From: Defluviitaleaceae bacterium
Lineage (GTDB): Bacteria; Bacillota; Clostridia; Lachnospirales; UBA5962
Length of the DNA stretch: 32,542 nt
Assembly (NCBI GenBank): GCA_009787435.1
Contig: WRFW01000222.1
Span: forward strand, 1-32,542
Direction of reading: 5' to 3'
Positions 26,201 to 32,542 of this stretch are shown here, in pieces (the first letter of the stretch is position 1; the number at the start of each line of letters is the position of its first letter). Below the pieces are notes generated by a model. It was given only the letters and a program-made list of their open reading frames with translations, had not been told where the DNA came from and made no database searches. Both the position numbers and the translations under genes were made by a program.

Positions 26201-26803
26201 ATTAAGAGCATCCATATCTAATAAATCTCTTAAATCATCATAATCTAAAACGTCTATTTTTTGGATTTCGTGGCTAGTTCTGAACCCATCTAAAACGTGC
26301 CCAAAAGGAACACGCCCTTGTATTGCACTAAGGTGTGCAACTGCTGCCAAGTCCATAGCTTCTTGAACATTTGAGCCGAAAAGGAAAGCAAACCCAGTTT
26401 GCCTTGCCGCCATAACGTCTGAATGGTCTCCGAAGATTGAAAGTGCATGAGTCGCTATAGAACGAGCTGTGATGTGTAAAACTGCAGGCAAAAGCTGCCC
26501 AGCCATTTTATACATATTTGGAATCATTAAAAGAAGCCCTTGAGAAGCTGTGTAAGTTGTAGTTAGAGCCCCTGACTGTAAAGAGCCGTGAACAGTTCCG
26601 GCTGCACCACCCTCAGACTGCATTTCTATAACATTTACTGTTTGCCCAAACATATTTTGCTTGCCTTGGGCTGCCCAAGCGTCTGTATTTTCGGCTAAGG
26701 CTGTGGACGGTGTGATAGGATAAATGCCAGCAACTTCTGTGAAAGCATATGCTGTGTAAGCTGCTGCTTGAGCACCATCCATTGTTTTTTGAATTTTCGC
26801 CAT
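23261..26803 (-). CDS. nifJ: pyruvate:ferredoxin (flavodoxin) oxidoreductase, single-polypeptide NifJ/PFOR type
   Basis: 1180 aa. Two ferredoxin-type CxxCxxCxxxCP motifs (CIQCNFCAYVCP, CVGCSVCADVCP). TPP-binding GGDGWAYDIG. Confidence 0.93.
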   Translation of the reverse strand: MAKIQKTMDGAQAAAYTAYAFTEVAGIYPITPSTALAENTDAWAAQGKQNMFGQTVNVIEMQSEGGAAGTVHGSLQSGALTTTYTASQGLLLMIPNMYKMAGQLLPAVLHITARSIATHALSIFGDHSDVMAARQTGFAFLFGSNVQEAMDLAAVAHLSAIQGRVPFGHVLDGFRTSHEIQKIDVLDYDDLRDLLDMDALNEFRKRGLNPTEPVLRGSAQNPDIFFQAREAANPYYNAVPAVVEENMNKINKLTGRDYRLFNYYGHTEATHVIVAMGSACETIAETVDYLMAKGEKVGVLNVRLFRPFSVAHFLKEMPKTVERISVLDKSKDPGAIGEPLYQDVCTVYFSEANRPLIVGGRYGLSSKDVTPAQILAVFENLKQPEPRNGFTVGIVDDVTNLSLEVGEEVDMTPDGNISVKIWGLGSDGTISANKNAIKIIGDSTDQYAQGYFSYDSKKAGGVTQSHLRFGKEKIRSPYLVKISNFIACHRANFLEKYDVLEGLKEGGTFLLNTNWSVEDLEEKLPGSVKRYLAKNKINFYIIDATKIAGEIGLGHRTNTVLQSAFFKLSNIIPIEDAIVEMKKAIESSYGKRGQKVIDMNNAAVDAGVNALTKIDVPADWANAPLEEAKEIEAPEHFKRINVPIDSMRGDSIPVSTFVGQEDGTFQQGTSKYEKRAIALEVPSWEKENCIQCNFCAYVCPHATIRPFLSTHEELENAPGSIFDTLKFNDRNVDYNFSILINQMDCVGCSVCADVCPGKAGKKALVMKPIDEEIHKFPAWEYAMTLSEKPNPANKYTPKGSQFEQPLLEYSGACAGCGETPYAKLVTQLYGDSMVIANATGCSSIWGSSAPSTPYTVNRQGRGPAWANSLFEDAAEFGFGIVLGNKKIKEGHMIKAKRLAEISGNEELNNAIENWMVTIEKTIESKVASKELVQLLETSSFTGEAEEIRLDLVKNKDSLAKISHWIFGGDGWAYDIGFSGLDHVISTGENINILIFDTEVYSNTGGQSSKSTPVGAIQKFASSGKSSGKKDLGMIAMSYGNVYVAQVGMGADYNQTIKALKEAEEYNGPSIVIAYSPCIEHGIKEGMGKSMSQIKAAVNSGYWHLYRYNPDLREQGKNPFQLDSKEPKISMEEFLDTENRYASLKRFFPERAEILYKEAADQAARKYAEYKRIADQEPLEV

Positions 26804-27145
26804 TTCTCCTCCTAAGAAAGATTATTTTATAATTTTTTATAAATCTTTATAATTTATAGTATACCCTGTAAGTAGTGCGGTTATATAGATAATTTACGGG
26901 CAGCAGCTAAAAAGCTTTTAGCTTGAAACTACAAAAAACACTAAAAACAGACACCCTAAACTTTGTTTAAGGCACGCTTAAAAAAAATTAATATGGTTCA
27001 CTCTGTTGTATACAATATAATTATATCAAATTTATCAAGTATTTGCAACGATTTTTTGAAAAAAACAAGCAAAAAACTGCATAAAACATAAGAGCTAAAA
27101 CCAAATTGTATTATGTAAGTTTATTTTATATGTGGCAAAAAAGAC

Positions 27146-27174
27146 TTGAATTATAGTATACTTTGTGTTAAAAT
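27146..27174 (+). promoter_or_regulatory. promoter TTGAAT-17-TG-n-TAAAAT for the MFS transporter, giving a 5' UTR of about 125 nt
   Basis: TTGAAT at 27146-27151, TGT then TAAAAT at 27169-27174. Confidence 0.45.
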
Positions 27175-27307
27175 TAATTAAGGTGAAAATTATCCCTCGG
27201 CACATATAGATAACCGTAAATAATTGAGTGAGCGAAAAGTAATTTAAAGCTATCTATAACGTACAAAAGATAAAATTAATCACAAAAAAAATTAAGGGGT
27301 TTTACAT

Positions 27308-28579
27308 ATGCAAAAAAATGATACTGAAAATAAAGAGAGAGAAAATGGCAACAAAAAGGGTATAAAAGCAGTAATAGCTTCTTTTGCTATTCAATTAACA
27401 CTTGGTGTTTGCTATATTTGGAGTGTTTTTCAAACAGGCGTTGCAATAAGTGTTTTCGGCGGAAACCATGCCCATGCAGGGCTTGCATTTTCTATTCTTT
27501 TAGCTTTTCTCTCTTTTTTTAGCCCTGTTGCAGGGAAGCTTTCAGCAAAACATGGAACTAGAAAAGTAGTATTTTCAGGCGGTATCCTTTTAGGGATTGG
27601 CTTCTTTTTAGCGAGCTTGACTACAGCAGGAAATGGCTGGCTTTTATGGCTTGGCTATGGAGTAATAGGCGGCATTGGTATGGGACTAACTTATTCAACG
27701 ACCATAGGGCTTGCCCAAAAATGGTTTCCAAATAAAAAAGGCTTAGTTACTGGTATTATAGTTGCAGGGCTTGGGCTTGGCGGCGTTGTGTTTACGCCTA
27801 TTATAGAATTTTCTATACAACATTTCGGCGGCATTGGATATGGTGAATTTGGAACATTTGCAGTGCTTGCTGTAGTTTTCTTAGCTGTTTGCAGCATAGG
27901 AAGTATATTTCTTGCTGAGCCACCAAAAATAGAAGCAAAAAATAATAAAGAAGCTTCAAAAAATGCGGCGTCTGCTTCTATATCTAATGATGTTTCACCG
28001 GCTGAAATGCTAAAAAAATTATCTTTTTACTTAGTTACTTTCACTTTTTTGCTATCTGTTGTAGGCGGGTTAATGATGATAGCCTTTGCAAGACCAATTG
28101 CAGTTGCCCGTGATTTAGAACACGTGGCAACAATAGGCGTTTTGTCTATAGCTATGGCAAATTCTCTAGGAAGGCTCTTTTGGGGTGCTATTTCTGATAA
28201 GCTAGGAAGAATAAACACAGTATTTATTTTGCTTCTAGGCTCTGCTGTGCTTTCTTTACTAGTAAATGTAGTAGATGGCTATTTAATTTTTATAGTAATA
28301 GCTTTAATAGGCTTTTTATTCGGTGGATTTTTAAGTAATTTTCCATCTTTAACGGCAGAACTTTTTGGAGTTAAAAATTTAGCTACTAACTATGGCTTTG
28401 TATTATTTGGATTTGGTATAGGTGCAATTGCAGCTTCACAAATAGGCGGGCACTTTATGAACATAGCTAGTGAAGATATTAGCCTTTTAGCACCCGCATT
28501 TATAATAGCTGCTGTATGTGCTTTAGTCGGCTTTGTGCTTATATTTTTGCTTAAGGCTAATTTGAAAAAAACAGCTTAA
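27308..28579 (+). CDS. MFS transporter, oxalate/formate antiporter (OFA)-like family
   Basis: 423 aa, about 12 TM segments with a central hydrophilic loop. N-terminal IQLTLGVCYIWSVFQ is typical of OFA-type MFS proteins. Confidence 0.8.
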   Translation: MQKNDTENKERENGNKKGIKAVIASFAIQLTLGVCYIWSVFQTGVAISVFGGNHAHAGLAFSILLAFLSFFSPVAGKLSAKHGTRKVVFSGGILLGIGFFLASLTTAGNGWLLWLGYGVIGGIGMGLTYSTTIGLAQKWFPNKKGLVTGIIVAGLGLGGVVFTPIIEFSIQHFGGIGYGEFGTFAVLAVVFLAVCSIGSIFLAEPPKIEAKNNKEASKNAASASISNDVSPAEMLKKLSFYLVTFTFLLSVVGGLMMIAFARPIAVARDLEHVATIGVLSIAMANSLGRLFWGAISDKLGRINTVFILLLGSAVLSLLVNVVDGYLIFIVIALIGFLFGGFLSNFPSLTAELFGVKNLATNYGFVLFGFGIGAIAASQIGGHFMNIASEDISLLAPAFIIAAVCALVGFVLIFLLKANLKKTA

Positions 28580-28613
28580 AAATTAGATGATTTAAAAAAG
28601 GGTCTATAAATAT

Positions 28614-29000
28614 ATGATAAACCATATAGAAATATATGTATCTAACTTACAAAAATCTTTAGTGATGTGGGAATGGTTTTTAAATGAGCTTGGCTATGAA
28701 AAGTTTCAAAAATGGGAGCAAGGGGAAAGTTATAAACTAGGAGAGTTCTATATAGTTTTTGTACAAGCGGAAGAAAAATTTTTAAAAGATGGCTACCATA
28801 GAAAGCGTATAGGTTTAAATCACCTAGCATTTAAGGCAAATTCAAAAGAGCAAATTGATAAAATATCGAAAGAATTAAAAAAGCAAAAAATAAAAATTTT
28901 ATATGAAGAAAAGCACCCATATGCTGGTGGTGAAAATCACTATGCAGTTTATTTTGAAGATTATGATAGAATAAAAGTTGAGCTTTGTTACAGTTCTTAA
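28614..29000 (+). CDS. VOC (glyoxalase/bleomycin-resistance/dioxygenase) family protein
   Basis: 128 aa. INHIEIYVSNL start and GLNHLAF motif, paired beta-alpha-beta-beta-beta module pattern. Confidence 0.75.
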   Translation: MINHIEIYVSNLQKSLVMWEWFLNELGYEKFQKWEQGESYKLGEFYIVFVQAEEKFLKDGYHRKRIGLNHLAFKANSKEQIDKISKELKKQKIKILYEEKHPYAGGENHYAVYFEDYDRIKVELCYSS

Positions 29001-29022
29001 ATAGTATCAATTAATCTTAAAG

Positions 29023-29198
29023 TATCATTACACTTGGGTATTTCTAAGATTTGCTTGAAAAATTTTTAAAAAGCTTAGCCAAGGTGATGATTTGGTATCA
29101 TTACACTTGGGCATTTCTAAGATTTGCTTGAAAAATTTTTAAGAAGCTTAGCCAAGGTGATGATTTGGTATCGTTATACTTGGGCATTTCTAAAAAAT
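29023..29198 (+). repeat. tandem repeat, 73-nt period, about 2.4 copies; same family as 20588-20766 (opposite strand)
   Basis: GTATC starts at 29023, 29096 and 29169. Shared blocks are TTTTAAGAAGCwTAGCCAAG, TTTGGTAT and TTGGGCATT. Complete stem-loops at 29079-29113 and 29152-29186. Confidence 0.85.
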
Positions 29199-29234
29199 AC
29201 CCAAGAATAAATATTGCCGTATCTATTCTTGGGT
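29192..29234 (-). terminator. intrinsic terminator of the BlaR1-like gene
   Basis: 10-bp stem CCCAAGAATA/TATTCTTGGG followed on the minus strand by TATTTTTT. Confidence 0.7.
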
Positions 29235-29251
29235 AAGTTTTAGTCGTTTAT

Positions 29252-31489
29252 TTAATTGCTTAGTTCTATTCTAACGCTATTTATTATAATTGCTTGCAAA
29301 TTTTCTAAATCTATTATTCCTGGGCTAGTTCTAAATTGCAAGTTACTTTCATGGCGACTAATTGGATGTGAATAAAAACTGCTTCCTGTAGCAGTTGGGG
29401 TTATTCTACCAAATTGAACACCTGGCATTAAGCTAATAAACTGAGGAGTATTGCTATAAATAATTTGGCTATAGTTTTCATATTCCAAAATTATTTGCAA
29501 ATCAAGCGGCAATGCTAGTTCATCCACAACCATTGCTAGCTCTGCACCATTTTCTATAGTAAATGAAAACTCACTTGAAGTTAAAACTATATTTGAAAGA
29601 TTAAAACTTTCATTTGATATTTCAACAGCTATATCATTAAAATATAGCGGGCTAACATTTGCTATAGGGCTTTCAAACTCAAAATCAATATTTAAATTAA
29701 TTGTATGCTCAAAAACCATTGATTGTAAAAATGAGTTCATAGACATAACTTCAAAAGTCTCTCCTGTCCTAACATCAATTACTTTTGATATCTCTACTTC
29801 ATCTTCTATTGCAGATATAATTGTTGAAACTTCTTCTGTTATTGGTGTTATCATGCGGAAGCTAGCGTATCTTTCTACTGGCAGTTCTCTCATTTCTATA
29901 AAGCCTACATTAATTGTTGCAATATCTAGTGTTCTTGTTGAATCTCTAGGCTCTTGCCCCTCTATTTCTATATGCCATTGATGCTCTAAGAGATATAAAA
30001 CGCCATCTTCTTCATGAAGCAAATGAACGAGAGATAAACTACCATCACTTCTTAAAAATTGAGGTGTAAACTCTCCATATTCATTAAAGAAGTTTAAATC
30101 TCCGCTGTTATCACTTAATGAAAAAATATTAAATTTACGTAAATTCTCAATAGTAACTTTTTCAGGGGTATACGTTTCATCTATTTGCCCGTCTTCTAGC
30201 CAAAGGAAGTTATAAAAGCTAAACTCTGAAGTAAGTGAAACAGTGTATAACACTTCTATAGTTATTTGGTCTGCTGTGTAAATTAAATTTAAAGGAGCAG
30301 CATTTCTTAACGCTAATCCATACCCTGCCCCAAAAGCACGATAAAATAACTTATTTGTGATACTTTCAAAATATTGCTGCTCACCATTTTGTACGTTTAT
30401 TTCTACAGCATTAAGCTGCACACCTCTCGTTGCAAATATTGTAACTGCTGTGGCAACGGTTGCAACAGCAAAAACATTTCTTAATAAATTTGTCTTTTTA
30501 CTTTTCATAAGAACACCTATCCTTTCTTCTATGTTATTGTTAAAAGTGTTTATTAACGGAGAAACCTTTAATTTTTCCACGTGTGTTAATTCTTTAATGT
30601 TTGCAAAAGAAAGAAGAGTTAAACAATAGTCTTTTTTGCTTGAACTGCCAAAGTGTGTGTTTAAATTTTTTATTACTATTTCATCACAAGAAAGCTCTAT
30701 ATCTCTATTTAGCATAAAATACATAACCCAAACGAAAGGGTTAAACCAATGCAAGCAAAGGCTGAGCGTTGCAAGTAATTTTATTAAGGAATCAAACCTT
30801 TTTATGTGTACGAGCTCATGATTTAAGACGAACTGAAGAGCAGATTCATCAATATTTTTCGGTAAAATTATAACTGGTCTAAATATACCATAAGTTAAAG
30901 GACCTAAAACTTTATCACTAGTTTTTATGCGTATGTTCCGTTTAATTTTATTTTCTGCTAACCATTTTGAACAAGAAAATGTTTCTAAAGGAAGTGCTTG
31001 AGCAAAATCTTTTAATGAACTTAAATATATTTTTGTGAAAAATAGTAACATAATAACTGCAACCGCTAGCCAAACTAAAATTAGAGGGTTAACCAAATAT
31101 AAAATATTGTTAGTTAACGAAGTTTCTTCTGATTGAAGAAGAATCGGGGTTATTTGATTTTCATTTGAAAACTCTTCTAATAACATTTGCGGAATGAAGC
31201 TAGCGGCTTGAGGTAGGTTTATAACTTGATATAATTCTGGATATAGTTCTAAAAACTGTGATTGTTCTAATTGATAATCAAAATTTTGAGGCAGGTAAGA
31301 AGCTTGAAATAAATTAAAAATACTCATTTCAGACTGTATAGAAATTGGCACTAATAACTTTACTAATACTGCAAACCATAAAAATAAAAATGTTGATTTA
31401 GAAAAATGATATAGTGCCAAAAATCGTATAACTAAAGTTACTATAATTAATAAACTTGCAAAAAAGCTCATCTCTAATATATTCATCAT
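29252..31489 (-). CDS. BlaR1/MecR1-family M56 peptidase signal transducer with a large non-PBP extracytoplasmic C-terminal domain
   Basis: N-terminal TM segments, HELVHIKRFD zinc motif, a further TM segment at about aa 335-355, then about 390 aa with no recognisable motifs. 4-nt overlap with blaI. Confidence 0.75.
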   Translation of the reverse strand: MMNILEMSFFASLLIIVTLVIRFLALYHFSKSTFLFLWFAVLVKLLVPISIQSEMSIFNLFQASYLPQNFDYQLEQSQFLELYPELYQVINLPQAASFIPQMLLEEFSNENQITPILLQSEETSLTNNILYLVNPLILVWLAVAVIMLLFFTKIYLSSLKDFAQALPLETFSCSKWLAENKIKRNIRIKTSDKVLGPLTYGIFRPVIILPKNIDESALQFVLNHELVHIKRFDSLIKLLATLSLCLHWFNPFVWVMYFMLNRDIELSCDEIVIKNLNTHFGSSSKKDYCLTLLSFANIKELTHVEKLKVSPLINTFNNNIEERIGVLMKSKKTNLLRNVFAVATVATAVTIFATRGVQLNAVEINVQNGEQQYFESITNKLFYRAFGAGYGLALRNAAPLNLIYTADQITIEVLYTVSLTSEFSFYNFLWLEDGQIDETYTPEKVTIENLRKFNIFSLSDNSGDLNFFNEYGEFTPQFLRSDGSLSLVHLLHEEDGVLYLLEHQWHIEIEGQEPRDSTRTLDIATINVGFIEMRELPVERYASFRMITPITEEVSTIISAIEDEVEISKVIDVRTGETFEVMSMNSFLQSMVFEHTINLNIDFEFESPIANVSPLYFNDIAVEISNESFNLSNIVLTSSEFSFTIENGAELAMVVDELALPLDLQIILEYENYSQIIYSNTPQFISLMPGVQFGRITPTATGSSFYSHPISRHESNLQFRTSPGIIDLENLQAIIINSVRIELSN

Positions 31490-31845
31490 TCCCCCTCCTC
31501 AATTTGTTTCTTCAATTTTTCAAACATATCTGAAGAAATTTTTCTTCTACCTACCAAGCTTGCAAATAGCAATTCTTTAGAACCACCAAAAAGTTTATTA
31601 ACGAGTTCTTCAACTTCTGCATGCTGAACTTCTTCTTTAGTAACAATTGCTTCACAAACAAAGTTTGGGTCTATACGGTTAATTGCACCTTTTTCGATAC
31701 ATTTTTTTATAACTGTGTAAGTAGTATTTTTGTTCCAACCAATTTCTTTATTTAGCAAAGTGGCAATTTCTTTTGCAGTGAGCATATTTTGGCTCCACAA
31801 CACCTCCATAACTTTTAATTCAGAATCAAAGAGTTTAATGGCCAT
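31486..31845 (-). CDS. BlaI/MecI/CopY family winged-helix repressor
   Basis: 119 aa. SELKVMEVLWSQNMLTAKEIATLL...WNKNTTYTVIKKCIEKGAI is typical of the Penicillinase_R family. AGGAGGGA RBS. Confidence 0.85.
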   Translation of the reverse strand: MAIKLFDSELKVMEVLWSQNMLTAKEIATLLNKEIGWNKNTTYTVIKKCIEKGAINRIDPNFVCEAIVTKEEVQHAEVEELVNKLFGGSKELLFASLVGRRKISSDMFEKLKKQIEEGE

Positions 31846-31873
31846 TATTATCCCTCCTTTTCTTTTTTTTCTA

Positions 31874-31928
31874 AGACTATTTTAGTAGTCTATAAATATA
31901 TACTATCACAATAGTCTTCGTTTGTCAA
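31874..31928 (-). promoter_or_regulatory. promoter TTGACA-17-TAGTAT overlapped by two dyads (candidate BlaI-type operators)
   Basis: AGACTA-TTTTAG-TAGTCT at 31874-31891. ACTAT-CACA-ATAGT at 31902-31915, sharing the AGACTA/TAGTCT half-site. Minus-strand TTGACA at 31923-31928. Confidence 0.5.
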
Positions 31929-31978
31929 GTATTTTTTAAGTTTTTTCAATACCAAAATTATACATACCAAAAACTTGA

Positions 31979-32008
31979 TTGACTTAATAGAGGAAAATAT
32001 GGTATAAT
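31979..32008 (+). promoter_or_regulatory. promoter TTGACT-18-TG-n-TATAAT
   Basis: TTGACT at 31979-31984, TGG then TATAAT at 32003-32008. Confidence 0.5.
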
Positions 32009-32092
32009 CTTGCCTGTAGGTTTATATTTAATTAGTGAGAGGAGAAGTTCTTTAATCTACATAGAAAAGTAAAAAACAAGGAGTAATTGATA

Positions 32093-32418
32093 ATGAAATT
32101 TAAACAAACTGTTGCTATAGCTTTATCGGCTACTATGTTATCAAATTCGATTGTGCCTATTTTCGCCAATGATAGCTATTTAGTTAAAAACATTGAAGCT
32201 ATAAAGATTATTTAAGAATTCCTATAGTACTTAGCGATTTATTAGAAAATAACAATATTGATGACTTGAGAATAGATGATTTCAGAAAATCATTAGTATC
32301 TTTGGATGAAAAATATAACAACTATGACGACAAGATTATTAAAGATATAGTTGTAGAGTATGGAAAATGGCTTAAAATGCCTGATGGCAGCGAAAAAAAA
32401 CTTAAAAATATTAAGTAG
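32093..32418 (+). pseudogene. small secreted protein gene split between two frames (frameshift, sequencing error or recoding)
   Basis: AAGGAG RBS. Frame 1 gives MKFKQTVAIALSATMLSNSIVPIFANDSYLVKNIEAIKII, stopping at 32213-32215. The -1 (+2) frame continues open from about 32199 to the TAG at 32416-32418 (...DYLRIPIVLSDLLENNNIDD...KKLKNIK). Confidence 0.4.
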
Positions 32419-32445
32419 CCTATACTCAAAAAGTTCTAAAAAAAC

Positions 32446-32473
32446 ACCTACCCTCTCTAGGTGTTTTTTTATA
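32446..32473 (+). terminator. intrinsic terminator
   Basis: ACACCTA-CCCTCTC-TAGGTGT followed by TTTTTTT. Confidence 0.75.
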
Positions 32474-32542
32474 TAGTAAATAGCTTTTTAAAATTGTAAT
32501 CTAATTGATATATAGTTGCAAATTAACCCCAAACTATTTCAG

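Noticed and set aside
27006-27015. 10-bp palindrome TTGTATACAA in the PFOR/MFS intergenic region, and the 8-bp TATAGATA/TATCTATA pair at 27206-27267 in the MFS 5' UTR
   Set aside because: Short AT-rich palindromes of this size are expected many times by chance in this window, and they match no operator consensus that I can name.
29088-29132. 14-codon ORF (MIWYHYTWAFLRFA) inside the 29 kb repeat unit
   Set aside because: The homologous units at 20.6 kb have no ATG or open frame there. The putative SD (AAGG) is only 2 nt from the ATG.

Overview
Low-GC (about 30% by eye) Firmicutes/Clostridia-like chromosomal segment with strong AGGAGG-type RBSs. I see no transposase, integrase, CRISPR array or rRNA. 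Recognisable genes, mostly on the minus strand: MATE efflux pump, tsaD, proC, a DUF2520-type NAD(P) oxidoreductase, a Cache/poly-HAMP chemoreceptor, a PrsA-like parvulin lipoprotein, tRNA-Arg(CCG), an SLH+LRR surface protein, radA, an orphan GspE/PilB-type ATPase, a methylaspartate ammonia-lyase plus two-subunit class I Fe-S hydro-lyase cluster next to PFOR (nifJ-type), an OFA-family MFS transporter, a VOC/glyoxalase protein and a BlaI/BlaR1-like pair. Three things are not explained by ordinary annotation. (1) The best candidate for a new system is three tandem paralogous 19-aa peptide genes (MRIEIKIRPLxANIS/T-D/E-G/S-W/F-D/E). Each has its own strong RBS, and they share one near-consensus promoter. 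They run straight into an atypical XRE-family regulator (helical N-terminal domain, C-terminal HTH) that is translationally coupled to the DUF2520 oxidoreductase. (2) A dispersed family of structured intergenic repeats occurs as short tandem arrays with a 71-73 nt period at four or more loci, including between the two hydro-lyase subunit genes. Copies show compensatory base changes in a conserved stem-loop. (3) A GC-rich CCACC-NNN-GGTGG hairpin is reiterated around the mal/hydro-lyase operon. Smaller oddities: a G10 tract at the 5' end of an edge-truncated gene, an Asn/Trp repeat in the SLH-LRR protein, a tRNA sitting 23 nt upstream of an mRNA start codon, two candidate leaderless genes and two apparently frameshifted small secreted ORFs. 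All product calls come from motif recognition by eye; no database search was run.
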